From NCBI GenBank assembly GCA_964016885.1, contig OZ024743.1, forward strand, positions 86,552,001 through 86,616,000: DNA of 64,000 nucleotides, in the 5' to 3' direction. The position numbers were made by a program, and so were the translations under genes. This DNA comes from Eledone cirrhosa. Its lineage: Eukaryota. Below, one piece after another: positions 1-11,718 of this stretch (position 1 is its first letter; every line of letters starts with the position of its first letter). The notes beneath the pieces were generated by a model, which was given only the letters and a program-made list of their open reading frames with translations, was not told where the DNA came from and ran no database searches.

Positions 1-608
1 AGACGCTCTTGTGTTCTTTATCACATGTATATATATATATATATACATATATATGTATATATATATATATATATAAATAGACATATATATGTATATATAT
101 ATATATATACATATATATGTATATATATATATACATATATATGTATATATATATGTATATATATCTGGTAAGATCTGGGTCATCGCTTGCTACATTGGAT
201 GTCGAAAGATAATCGTCCCCAGGCAGGCCAAAGGTCAATCCGCAGTCCTCGCGACCCCTCTCTGACCGTCAGATCATCCATATACGTACAACCCGCACCG
301 CAGTTGCAATGCATTCACTCACTGCGCTCAGCAGCCCGGTCCTACTGGTCAACAGCGCTACTCGATTAAATCATTTTACATCTGTCTAAGGAAGGTGTTT
401 CCTCTGCCCAACACTATCCAACCGATCAATTCATGCTCAAATTACCCTTAGAGCGGTGTAGTGCCGTTCAAGTGGGTGGATGTTGTCACACCTGCCGTAG
501 AGGTATAAATGGGTATTTTCCCTGCGAAGGGTTCCGGAGGGATGTCGTTGTTTGTGTTATAAAGGATCAGCTAGTGTTGGGTATATATATATAATGAAGG
601 AAATATAT

Positions 609-800
609 AACGAAGGAATTGTGGTAAGGAACCAGATGGACCATAACGCACCAGAGTACTCAATACTTAGGGTAGTAGAGTAGGTAATAGGAAAAAGAAT
701 GACCCCAACGGCAGAGCACAAGCCGTTTCGACGGCTATTTCTGGACTCCAGAAATAGCCATCGAAACGGCTTGAGCTCTGCCGTCGAGGTCATTTTTTTT
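609..800 (-). mobile_element. Penelope-like pseudo-LTR fragment (family A) with inverted duplication and hammerhead 3' half
   Basis: Near-identical to 59683-59823. Arms about 692-745 and 747-800 are inverted about base 746. Flanked by (TA)n-rich sequence. Confidence 0.75.
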
Positions 801-803
801 TCA

Positions 804-854
<51 letters not shown>

Positions 855-1058
855 TACATACTTATACGCACACATACATTTATATGTGTATGTGTGAACC
901 TGTACAGACACAAAAAAATATACACCTGGGCTGGTGATAAAAAACCATACACAAACGCACACACACACACACACATACACACATACTGCATACAAAATAC
1001 TTCAAAAGCAGCAAAAGAAGGGGGAGACAGAGGCTTATTGCTGGCGAAACAAACCAAA

Positions 1059-1410
1059 ATGAGAGAGAGAATAAAAAGTGAGAGAGTGTAAAGATAGAGA
1101 CAGAGTGAAAGAGAAGGGGAGAGAGTAAAAAGGGAGAGAGAAAGTAAAGATAGAGAGAGTAAAGAGAGAGAGTGAAAGAGTAAAGAGGAGGAGAAAGAGA
1201 AATTGCAGGTGGGTGAATCAAATGAGAATGAATGAGAGAGAAAGACTGACAGTTTGAGAGAAAGAGAAAGAGAGAAAGACAGACAGTGAGAGAGAGATAA
1301 AGAGAAAGAAAGAGAGTGAGATAAAGACAGACAGACTGACAGTGTGAGAGAAAGAGAAAGAGAGAGAAAGACAGACAGTGAGAGAGAGAGATAAAGAGAG
1401 TGAGAGATGG
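1059..1410. repeat. (AG)-rich low-complexity tract
   Basis: GA/GAGAAA/GACA repeats. Confidence 0.9.
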
Positions 1411-1575
1411 TTATTAAAAGAGAAGGTTGTAAGGAGGAAGAGAGGCGATAAGTGTTAAGAAAACAAAACAGTGACAGTGGAAAAGTGGAGTTAAAGACGA
1501 AACATGTACAGTTCTACATCACACCTGAGTGTCGACTATAAACTGTTTCAAATCCAAAACAGGTGAGTCTATATA

Positions 1576-1612
<37 letters not shown>

Positions 1613-1744
1613 TTATATTGTTTTTGTAAAAAACGATATTTCTTATATATATATATATATATATATATACTCTTTTTTATATATATATACATATATATAC
1701 ATATATAACTTTTTATATTATTTTTGTAAAAAACGATATTTCTT

Positions 1745-1798
<54 letters not shown>

Positions 1799-1976
1799 GA
1801 TATATTAACAAATGGAAACTATATTTATAAAACCATATTTATTTCATTATACATATTTCAAGGACACCAAGTTAAATTATGGTGTGCTTTCATCAGATAA
1901 AATATAATATAGATCAGTTTTATAAATAAATATTGACATACCCTTAAAAGAATGCGACCATTTCTGTTGGAAGCTC

Positions 1977-2057
<81 letters not shown>

Positions 2058-2060
<3 letters not shown>

Positions 2061-2224
2061 CGAGTAGGACCCCGACGGCTGAGCTCAAGCCGTTTCGACG
2101 GCTAATTCTGGACTTGTACTCAGCCGTCGGGGTCCTACTCGTTCCTATTACCCACTCTACTACCCTAAGTATTGAGTACTTTGGTGCGTTATGGTCCACC
2201 TGGTTCCTTACCACATTTCCTTCG

Positions 2225-2227
<3 letters not shown>
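2058..2227 (+). mobile_element. Penelope-like pseudo-LTR fragment (family A) with inverted partial copy
   Basis: 2058-2113 is the inverted arm (minus strand gtcGAAAcggcttgagctcagccgTCggggt). 2119-2227 is the forward tail. Embedded in (TA)n. Confidence 0.75.
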
Positions 2228-2264
<37 letters not shown>

Positions 2265-2591
2265 CACATCTTTTTCTGGTTTCACTCATTATACTGTGGC
2301 CATACTAAGGCCTTGAACGTATTTAGCAACTCGTAGTGATAGTAGAAGACACTTTCCTTGGGTGCCAATCCATGGGGCTAAACCGGAACCCACGTGTTTG
2401 TAAAGCACACATCCGACAGATTATATGTGTACCTAACTCATTCTCTATCTCCGCCGTGTTTTCCTTTTTATCTTCTTCTGATTCGAACATTTAACATTGT
2501 CATACTTATTTAACCGACTCCATCTCGTTCAAATTTGTCTCCTCGTTTCACTTTATCTCTTTATCATCTCTTCGATAAATGTATATTATTA

Positions 2592-2725
2592 CCAAATCCC
2601 GCCGAGGTTGACTTTGCCTTTCATCCTTTCGGGGTCGATAAAATAAAGCACCAGTAACGTACTGAGTCGATTTAATCGACCCCCCCCCCCCTCCAAATTA
2701 CTGGCCTTGTGCCTGAAGTAGAAAT
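2592..2725 (+). mobile_element. SINE family fragment (gactttgcctttcatcctttcggggtcgataaaata core)
   Basis: The same core recurs at about 11028-11215, 19960-20100, 20900-21085, 21925-22100, 32693-32830 and 46063-46200. Fuller copies have A-box-like (tggc) and B-box (gagttcaaatcc) heads. Confidence 0.75.
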
Positions 2726-2822
2726 CATTATTATACCTTACCTGACTCCGGGCAGAGTCGATAAAACGTCGGATAAATAGCCTACCCGCATTTCCTGAAG
2801 CAAACTTATCGTTTCATCCCCT

Positions 2823-2950
2823 CTGATGATTTCTAATGAATGAAACAGTTCTAGTCCTGTAGAATCTCATCTATATTAAAACTTTTATACTCTGCTATGT
2901 ATTGAGTACCTTACTTACTGTGGTTACCTCCGATTCAACCCGGAATAACG

Positions 2951-2951
<1 letters not shown>
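2823..2951 (+). mobile_element. Hammerhead-core repeat (family B), probable Penelope-like pLTR fragment
   Basis: CTGATGA-t-ttc-taat-gaa-t-GAAA-cag-ttctagtc-ctg-TA, then a tail ending at (TA)n. Other copies at 16988-17174, 30475-30583 and 43831-43938. Confidence 0.6.
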
Positions 2952-2981
<30 letters not shown>

Positions 2982-3424
2982 CATATATATATTTATTTAT
3001 TTATTTATTTATACGTTTGTGTGACGGCTGAGAGAAGGGAGTACTCAAAACCGAAGTAGAGTTTTAATATTCAGTTTATTAAGGGTGAATAGTGAGACTT
3101 GTTACTCTGGAGTTTCGCCTGTTTATGCAATGAATATATATATACCAAACTTTCTTTCCCCTTTTCCATATAAAGCGTGAAACTAATAAGACTTTTTGCA
3201 CCTCTGTTTCTTGTTTCCTTCTCCTATATATATAGAGAGATATAAAAGATACAGAAGCAAAAACCAATCCAAACCAAACAGTGAGTGAGTTTTATTATTA
3301 TTTCTGGTGCAGGGTGTGTCCCCAAAATGTATACACACTTCAGCAGCATTCTAATAAATATTGCCTGTACAGGTAAGCAAAACGTGTATACATTTATATA
3401 TATATATATAATATATATATATAT

Positions 3425-3482
<58 letters not shown>

Positions 3483-3558
3483 ATATATATTATATATATA
3501 TATATATATTATATATATATATATATATATATTTTATATATATATATATATATAATAT

Positions 3559-3601
<43 letters not shown>

Positions 3602-3619
3602 TATATAAAATATATATAT

Positions 3620-3748
<129 letters not shown>

Positions 3749-3773
3749 ATATATATATATATATTATATATAT

Positions 3774-3809
<36 letters not shown>

Positions 3810-4009
3810 NNNNNNNNNNNNNNNNNNNNNNNNNNNNNNNNNNNNNNNNNNNNNNNNNNNNNNNNNNNNNNNNNNNNNNNNNNNNNNNNNNNNNNNNNNN
3901 NNNNNNNNNNNNNNNNNNNNNNNNNNNNNNNNNNNNNNNNNNNNNNNNNNNNNNNNNNNNNNNNNNNNNNNNNNNNNNNNNNNNNNNNNNNNNNNNNNNN
4001 NNNNNNNNN
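3810..4009. other. Assembly gap (200 N)
   Basis: Run of N directly after a roughly 420-bp (TA)n tract. Confidence 1.
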
Positions 4010-4657
4010 CATCATTTTACACTTGTTTTTCCATGCTGATATGGGTTGGACAGGTTTTGGTCCAGACCAGCATTTAAAAAAATTTCATTTGTGTCAATCT
4101 AGGTGGGTTGGAGAACCATGATCTCATTTATATTTGAGTATATACGGTAACTAATTGAAGTGTAGGTCATCATTATCATCCTTGTTTATAAGGGTTGGAC
4201 ATATTGTCACAGACAGGTCAGTACGCATGCTGAGCCACTGACCTTCAAGTGGGTCAGGCACTTGACGTGTGAATCCAAGCTTAGTTGAGTGCATTTTATC
4301 ATGGCACCAGCACTAGGGAGGTTGTCATGTCCCTAACACAGTTAAAGTGTCCTCGCGACCTTTTGTTTGCCAAGTAGGTTTTCTACAGCCCTTCCGTTCA
4401 CCAACCACTTTACAGAGTGTACTAGATTATTGTATAGATACCAACACCAGAGAGATTGTCATGTCTTTGATACAGCTGATGAGTCCTCCTAACTCTTTGT
4501 TTGCTAGGTTTTCTACAGCAAGATGTCCTTCCTAATATCAACCACTTTACATGGTGTGTAGATTTAAGTATTAAAACATTTTTCTTCTCTGAAAATAGTT
4601 AATAGGACCAAAAATTCCAGTTGAATTGATAGTGTGTTTTTATGTTTATATTTGCAG

Positions 4658-4750
4658 GAAATTGATGATCTCAGAAATAGCATTAAAAAAATTTCGTGAG
4701 GATCTTTTCCCAAAAAGAAGTCAGCAGAAATTGCCAAAACAAAGCCAGCA
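4658..4750 (+). CDS. RBM26: RBM26/27-like exon (coiled-coil region); reading frame disturbed, probably by assembly error
   Basis: tttgcag acceptor and gtaagt donor. Reads EIDDLRNSIKK, then FREDLFPKRSQQKLPKQSQ after removing one A from an A7 run; this resembles the TLEVLTKNITKLKDEV segment of vertebrate RBM26 as I recall it. As assembled, an in-frame TGA lies at 4697-4699. Confidence 0.6.
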
Positions 4751-5856
4751 GTAAGTATTCTAAGTATTTCTTCTTTGTGTCATCATTATCTTTATAAGTC
4801 TGTCTTACATAGGTTGGACAGGTCATTACAGCCCCACTTAGCTCTTCTTATTCAAGAGTTACTGCTCACTTAGTTAGATGGGTTTGGGGACCATTTGAAG
4901 CTCTGTATTCAAATCTCATTGAAGTCAATAAAATAAGATACCAATCAAGTACTGGGGTCAATTTAACTGCCCACCCTCTTTCAATTATGTTTTATTAAAG
5001 GTAAGAAAACGACTAAGACAGTAGAATGGAAGAAAATCTACTTAATATTTAGGGATATCCTTCTTGAGGTTTACCATACTTCTCATTCCTCTTCTGACAT
5101 TTGGAAAAAATGCCAGTAATATTTTGGTGATAATTCGTTATGCAATGTTCTTCCCTTGACCCTCCTGATACCAAACCACCTGAAACCACCCCTGTTTCTA
5201 TGATATAGAAATGTTTGTTTTAAATGTGTTTATAGTTATCTTAAAATCTTCCATCATTATTTTATGTAAGAACCTTTAAGTTATTCTCCTAATGCCATCT
5301 TAATAATGAGAAAGTTTGCTATAATACTAAATTCCTCCAAATTGTTATTTTAAAAATTATTTGAAAATAATAGGCAGTGTCTTTCATTAGAAATAAGGAC
5401 ATGAAAGGTTTAAAGTAAGGGGATGGAATTGGTGGTAAGCCAAGTTGAAAGAAATAAGAATTATTAGCTATTTAATTAGTTTACTTCTGGTGTTTTAGTT
5501 AAGCTAAAGTTTTGTTAATTTTGTTTATTTCTTTACATATTTTTTCTCTCTTTTTGAAACTTTGTTTGTTTGTTTATATTTTTTATTTATTTATTTGCTG
5601 TTTTATATTTCTTTTTTTTTTTTAAATTAAATAAGAAACCTTTGTTGTTTTGGAAAGTTTTAGATTTTAAGCCTAATAAAGCCAATATTTAATTGAAGCT
5701 GATTGTTTAAGCAACTGTTTAAAATTCTTTGCTAAAATTTTTGTTTATTTCCATTTAATGTTTGATAATAAATCAGCTGGTGTTGTTGTATTGAAAACTG
5801 TTGTTGCTTGAGTGTCGTCACACTGACACATTGTTATGTATGTTGTGGTGTTACAG

Positions 5857-5994
5857 GTAACAATCCCAGGACCATCGAGTAGTCAGAAAACCCAAAAGGA
5901 AATCTTAGACACTGAATTGGAATTAATCTCCAAGCAGAACAGCGGTGAAGACACGACTGACTTACGTAAAAAACTCATAGAACTTACACATGAG
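5857..5994 (+). CDS. RBM26: RBM26/27-like exon
   Basis: ttacag acceptor, gtgggc donor, 138 nt, phase 0/0. VTIPGPSSSQKTQKEILDTELELISKQNSGEDTTDLRKKLIELTHE matches the family motif QKELLDTELDL...GE.T.LR.K..EL..E. Confidence 0.9.
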
Positions 5995-6780
5995 GTGGGC
6001 AGTTGTCCTGGAATTATCTGTGAGATTGTAGAGTGATTGGTTCAGTGGTTTGCAACAAATTGAGCTGTTAACGTCTGCTATAATTCTTGCAGCCAGTGTG
6101 CATTTTTTATTGATTGAATTTTATTTGTTTTTGGTGGGAAGTGTTGTTGTTTTAGGGACAGTTATTACTTCTGTTTAACATTTTAATCAATCCAAAAAAA
6201 AAGAAAAAAAATCCTTAATTAAACACTGCCTGGTGTTTGGGTACCTTTAGAAGATTCCTCTCTGTTGCAAGTATTTGGACCAGATCTCTGGTTTAGAGAT
6301 AACTCAATATCTTGATATTGCTGCATCCTACTGAAACAACTCGATGAGCTGTGGTATCTTCCTCTACTCACTGTTCTCAAAGGCTGTACAGTATATGGTC
6401 ATGAGCACTGCCTTTCCTCTTCCGACTCAGCCATAGAAAATTACTTCTTGGCCAGTTATGGTCAAGTTTTATGCTACTGCTTTATTGTCAGTGCCAAATA
6501 CTTTCCATCTAACTAGCACATGTTAGCTGTGTTGTGTTCTATGTTAAGTTTGTTGATACCAACCTGGCCAAACCTACCTCTGGTTCTATGAAACAAAACC
6601 ATCCATTTTAAAGGGATCCTATCTAAATTGAATTCTTCCAACATAAATTTGATATAAGAACCTTTTGTTAACTTAGGCTACAAATGCTATTGTAATAATG
6701 AAATATTTAATAATTTTAGTAAATCCCTTAAAAACCTTCACTAAGTGTATTTCATTAGAATTTTGGTCTCCAATAGATTA

Positions 6781-6940
6781 AACCTCCAAGTAAACTTGTA
6801 TATAGTTTATACTACCCCAGTAAACTTGTATATAGTTTATACTATCCCAGTAAACTTGTATATAGTTTATACTACCCCAGTAAACTTGTATTTAGTTTAT
6901 ACTACCCCAGTAAACTTGTATATATTTTAAACCTCCCAGT
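6781..6940. repeat. 30-bp minisatellite (about 5 copies), intronic
   Basis: Unit ccagtaaacttgtatatagtttatactacc. Confidence 0.9.
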
Positions 6941-7038
6941 ACACATGTATATATTTGTTGCTGTTACTTATGATTAATGCCAGTGTTTGTTTATTTAATA
7001 TGTTTATATTTTAAAATATCAAATTATTTGTTTTTCAG

Positions 7039-7242
7039 GCCGCCTCTTTAGGGCTTTTATCGAGAGGAAGGGGCAGAGGAGTGATTCGTGGGGGTATGCG
7101 ATCACGAGGTAGTTCTTGGAGTCGGGGCCATAGGAGTCTGAAATTGACTGCTTCAAACAGGTCCCTTGACAATCGACCAAAGCAAATTCATGTGTCAGGG
7201 TTTGATGCTGAACCCCTGAAAAATATTTTAGCCCATTTTTCT
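7039..7242 (+). CDS. RBM26: RBM26/27-like exon (RG-rich tract and start of the second RRM)
   Basis: tttttcag acceptor, gtaagt donor, 204 nt. AASLGLLSRGRGRGVIRGG...LDNRPKQIHVSGF...ILAHFS parallels AA.RGILS.GRGRG...VDHRPRAL.IS.F...L.HF. Confidence 0.92.
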
Positions 7243-7706
7243 GTAAGTATCTCATTTTGTTTTGTTTTGTTGAAGTTAGGAAAATATTACAAAACAATCT
7301 TCCTCTTTTACCACCACCATAGCTATTGGTTTATAGTCATTTTCCCCATCTAACACTACCACTTTAGACACAATGAAATGGACTCAGTAGAGCATCGGAA
7401 TGTGTGTAAGCAGGACCCTGACTCATCAGAGATGTCAGTAGCTTTGCTTGAGTACTAGCTCGGTCTGTGAGGACTTGTCTAATCCTTGATAGCAGGGAAA
7501 GTGGATCTTAAATGATGATGATTATATATATACACACACACCACACATGCGCATATGTGTGAGTGTGTATAGAATAATGAAAACGAAAGTCAGATCTCGC
7601 TGAAACCATCTATCCAAGGACCCATTGAGTTCTAACAAAGTCATCGACCATAGGTAAATGACAAGATATGATGCCTATTCACAAAATTTCAGCAAATTTC
7701 AATAAT

Positions 7707-8157
7707 ATATGGACATGTGATGCGTATGAAGGATGACAGCTGCATAAAAAGGTGCAGAGCACTAGAAGTCGATGGAAACCGAAGAAGACCTGGGATGAGG
7801 TGATAAAAGCCGACCTTACCCAATTACACCTCTCAAAGGCGATGGCACACGACTGTGACCTCTGGCGTCACACAGTAATACAGAAGACCCGACCCCCACG
7901 GGTATAAGCCGAAGCTGAAGCATATGGACAATATGCCCCCACACCCTCCCACTACAAAAGTGGTCGTGGAGGTGCCACGGCAAAAAAGCACCCAGCCCAC
8001 ACTGTAAAGTGGACCTGTAGGCGCCACGGAAAAAAGCACCCAACACTCACTGTAAATGAGGTAGGTGTTAGGAAGGGCATCCAGCTGTAGAAATCAAGCC
8101 AGATTCAGTTCCCGTCCCACGCTTGCAAGCAGGGAAAAGCGGACGTAAAATGATGAT
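7707..8157 (+). mobile_element. 5'-truncated RTE LINE (RT C-terminus, 3' UTR and (GAT)n tail)
   Basis: YGHVMRMKDDSCIKRC...LWRHTVIQKTR is homologous to the long RTE copies in this window. Confidence 0.9.
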
Positions 8158-8503
8158 GGAGGCACATGGCTTAGTGGTTAGAGCATTGGCCTTGCAATCG
8201 AAAGGTTGTGAGTTCAATTCTCAGAACGGGTGATGTGTTGTTTCCTTGAGCAAGACACTTTATTTCACATTACTCCAGTTTACTCAGCTGTAGAAATGAG
8301 ATGATAGGGGCTGGGGTCCCTATCATTCCACTGCAAAGTGGACGTGGAGGTGCCACGGCAAAAAAGCACCCAGCACTCACTGTAAATGAGGTTGGTGTTA
8401 GGAAGGGCATCCAGCTGTAGAAATCAAGCCAGATTCAGTTCCCGTCCCACCCTTGCAAGCAAGGAAAAGCGGACGTAAAATGATGATGATAATGATAATG
8501 ATG
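8158..8503 (+). mobile_element. tRNA-derived SINE with RTE-derived 3' tail
   Basis: A box tggcttagtgg, B box gagttcaattc, central ccttgagcaagacactt segment. The 3' ~150 nt is nearly identical to the tail of the adjacent RTE and ends in (GAT)n. Confidence 0.88.
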
Positions 8504-8688
8504 ATCCAGCTGTAGAAATCAAGCCAGAATCAGTTCCCGTATGAGCAAGGCATGGTCAGCCGACCGGACACTGCCCACAGCAGGACAACCCGTCTAACCC
8601 ATGCTAGCATGGAAGAACGGACGTAAAACGGTGATGATGATGACCCTAATGGAGGTTAAACCCCCTATCGTGGAAATTTTGGCCAATA

Positions 8689-9407
8689 AATGGAACAAGA
8701 TGTGTTGTAACAAGATTGCACGAGAACTTGATTGAAGCAACCATTATATTCGGGGCTTACAAAGGTCAAGCTCTTCTCATTCCGAGGATTCCACTTATAC
8801 CAAGTGATAGCGAGTTGCCTTTTACATTTAAGAGGCTGCAGTTCCCAGTGAGGCCATGCTTTCCCATAAGCATCAATAAGAGTTAAGGTCAAACTTTCAA
8901 AACTATTGGTATAGATCTCACAAATCCTTATTTCAGTCATGGCATGTTTTATGTGGTTGTTTCAAGGATTGGATCTTCAAAAAATCTCTACATTTTAGCC
9001 AATCAAAGAAAGACAAGAAATGTTGTTTACTCTGAAGTTCTTCATTAGGATAAAGTATGAAATATATTTTCATGTATTTATTATGTTAAAAAATAAATAA
9101 TTAAACTTTTAATTTCTAATTTGAAAATAATGCTTTACACAAAAATGAAATGATCAAGTTTTGAATTGATATTTAAAAAAAATTATTTACAAGAAACAAA
9201 ACAAGAATAAGATTTAATAATATAATTTTGATTTGATATATTACAAAAAATAATGTTTTCCAACTTTTCATGCATTACATTTTACATTGAGTAGTATTGA
9301 AATGCAGAGTTTTTCTTCATAAATTATATCACTGATTTAAAATTGATCAACATTTTCTTACGAGAAAAAAATGTGTGAAACGCAGCAAGCGCAAGTAATT
9401 CGGCTAG
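8689..9407 (+). mobile_element. Helitron 3' fragment (PIF1-like helicase C-terminus and 3' terminus)
   Basis: 8689-9048 translates NGTRCVV...IPRIPLIPSDSELPFTFKRLQFPVRPCFPISINKS*GQTF...FSHGMFYVVVSRIG...TRNVVYSEVL*. It ends with a short GC-rich hairpin-like segment (cgcagcaagcgc) and CTAG|T at 9404-9408. Confidence 0.92.
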
Positions 9408-9499
9408 TATATATATATATATAGTAATAAAAACTGTGAAGACTAAGATCCGAAGAGGGCTCAATAAGGATTATATTAATCTGTACTTATAATATATAT

Positions 9500-9815
9500 A
9501 TCTTAACCCAATATACACCCCACCCACACACCCCACTCCATTCTCCCATTTCTGTCCACTGTAAAGTGGTCATGTAGGTGACAACAAAAAGCACCCAGTC
9601 CATACTGTAAGGTGGTTCTGTAGGAGACATGGTAAAAAGGCTCCCAGTCCACACTGTAAATGTGGTTGGTGTTAGGAAGGGCATCCAGCCATAGAAAACC
9701 TGCCAGAGACAGTTCTGTACGAGTGAGAAGCAGTCTCCTGACCAGTCTCGCATCAAGTGGAACAAAACCGTCCAACCTATGCTAGTGTGGAAGATGGATG
9801 TTAAATGATGATGAT
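9500..9815 (+). mobile_element. RTE 3' UTR fragment
   Basis: Roughly 48-bp internal repeats, the ggttggtgttaggaagggcatccagc motif and a (GAT)n tail. Confidence 0.8.
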
Positions 9816-9893
9816 AATTATATATATAAATATATATGCTCCGTCTAACCCATGCTAGCGTGGAAAATGGACATTAAACGATGATGATGATGA

Positions 9894-10310
9894 TAGTGAA
9901 AGAGTGAAGATAACATGGCCGGCTGTACAAAAAGGGTTTTATTTACAGTATTAACAATTGGTGAGTCTAAAGGCCGCTAATCACTCGAAATTAGTATCCC
10001 GATGATTTGATCAGAGACACAATGTATTTAAGGTCGAATGATGCAATTTCGAGTGATTAGCAGCCTTTGGACTCACCTGATCAATGAAACAATTGTTAAT
10101 ACTGTAAATAAAACCCTTTTTGTACAGCCTACCATGTTATTCTTAACTCTTTCACTACTATTATTACAAGAATGATCTGCATGGGAATTCTCGCAAACTC
10201 AATATGGAAACCTCTTGTTGAGTCAAACAACGCCGTACCTTAAAACTATCCATAGTACAGAGTACTCATAACCTCTAACTGGATTACCTAAAACGATAAC
10301 TTGTTATCCC

Positions 10311-10311
<1 letters not shown>
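9894..10311 (+). mobile_element. Hammerhead-containing repeat (family C) with inverted partial copy; probable Penelope-like pLTR
   Basis: 9894-9992 is inverted relative to about 10046-10157. Type I hammerhead fold at 9993-10103. The tail ends at (TA)n. Confidence 0.65.
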
Positions 10312-10342
<31 letters not shown>

Positions 10343-10466
10343 GCACACGCACACATATGAAGTAAAATTGTGGAAGTAACTACTTGGTGAAAAATAGTTA
10401 CCATATTTGATATGTACAAATAATGTTTATAGTGAAGTCCGTAATGATATCTTTTTCTTTTCTCAG

Positions 10467-10553
10467 TTATTTTGTGAAATAGTGAAATCAGAACCAGACC
10501 CGACGGAAAACAACGTTATCTTAACTTTCAAGAGTCGACAGGATGCTGAGAAG
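10467..10553 (+). CDS. RBM26: RBM26/27-like exon (RRM2)
   Basis: Polypyrimidine tract plus cag, gtgaat donor, 87 nt. LFCEIVKSEPDPTENNVILTFKSRQDAEK matches the family pattern VITFKTR.EAE. Confidence 0.9.
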
Positions 10554-10595
10554 GTGAATATTGGTTTTCTTTTATTGTATTTTATTAATTATATA

Positions 10596-10815
10596 TGCTG
10601 TTGGAACACTGCATCATTCAAAATTTCCATGCTTCCTGAAATTCCCCAACACTACACCTGATATTCCCCCTCCATACACATGCATGCATGTGTGTGCCTG
10701 TGTATCAAGACTCATATATACTGTTCACCTTTCTGACATTTGTACATTATTCTATATACTATACATGCACCTTTGATGAGTTGTAGTGCACCTGTGCAAT
10801 GTACATGATAATTTT
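10596..10815 (+). mobile_element. LINE-like 3' end fragment (CR1/L2-like)
   Basis: ...MLPEIPQHYT* followed by a conserved UTR. Reverse-oriented copies at about 30828-31022 and 44176-44370. Confidence 0.5.
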
Positions 10816-11718
10816 CATTAATTTTCCATATTTGATATATGGCTGTGTGGTTAGGGAGTTTACTTTGCAACCACGTGCTTTTGGGTTCAGTCCCACAGTG
10901 TGAAACTTTGGGTGTCTTCTATATCCTTAGGTTGACAAATGACTTTCGTAAGAAATTGTGCAAAATCCTGTCATATGATCATCATCCATTTTGCATCTTT
11001 TCTTCCATATATATATATTATTATTACAGGCGGTGGATTGGCAATATCGATAGAGGGTCTGACGCCATGCTTTATAGCAAAGAGTTACGGCCCTTTATGG
11101 TCTGAGTTCAAATCCTGTCGAGGTTAACTTTGCCTTTCATCCTTACGAGGTCGATAAAATAAAGTACCAATAATGCACTGGGTAATTGTTGGCCTTGTGC
11201 CAAAAGTAAAAAAATTATTAGTACAGATTAAAGTTTAAGCAAAGAATTTCTGCTTTCACCCTATATGGGATCTTCTGAAATTGAGAAAAATTTATCTGTA
11301 GATGCAGAAGTAAATATTTAAAGAAATGTTGTTTTATATATCTTATATATATATATATATATATACATCATATATACATACAGTCGTTATCAAGCCCTCT
11401 TTGGATTTTGGTCTTTGTATTTATTATTACTATATATATATTTTTTCTCACCTCTTTCTGTTCAAACTGGCCATAACCGTCTGCTCATACTAATGTTACG
11501 GTATTGTTCTCAAAATAAATATCAAAATCTTGTAAATTCGATATTATGTGAGATAAAGTGTTTACTATGAAAATATAATAGTAATGTAATTGCTAAAAGT
11601 TTAAAGAGGTGCTCGATTTTGACTGCAGTCAAATAACTGAAAACAATAAAAGATTTAAAACAAATATTCATACAGTCATCATATAATATTTAATTTAATT
11701 TTGTCTATTTCTGACTAG

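Noticed and set aside
8158-8230. tRNA gene (also at 61093 and 17408)
   Set aside because: A and B boxes are present but there is no proper acceptor stem, and the sequence continues into a SINE body and tail.
8665-8940. 91-aa minus-strand ORF
   Set aside because: Shadow of the plus-strand Helitron helicase relic.
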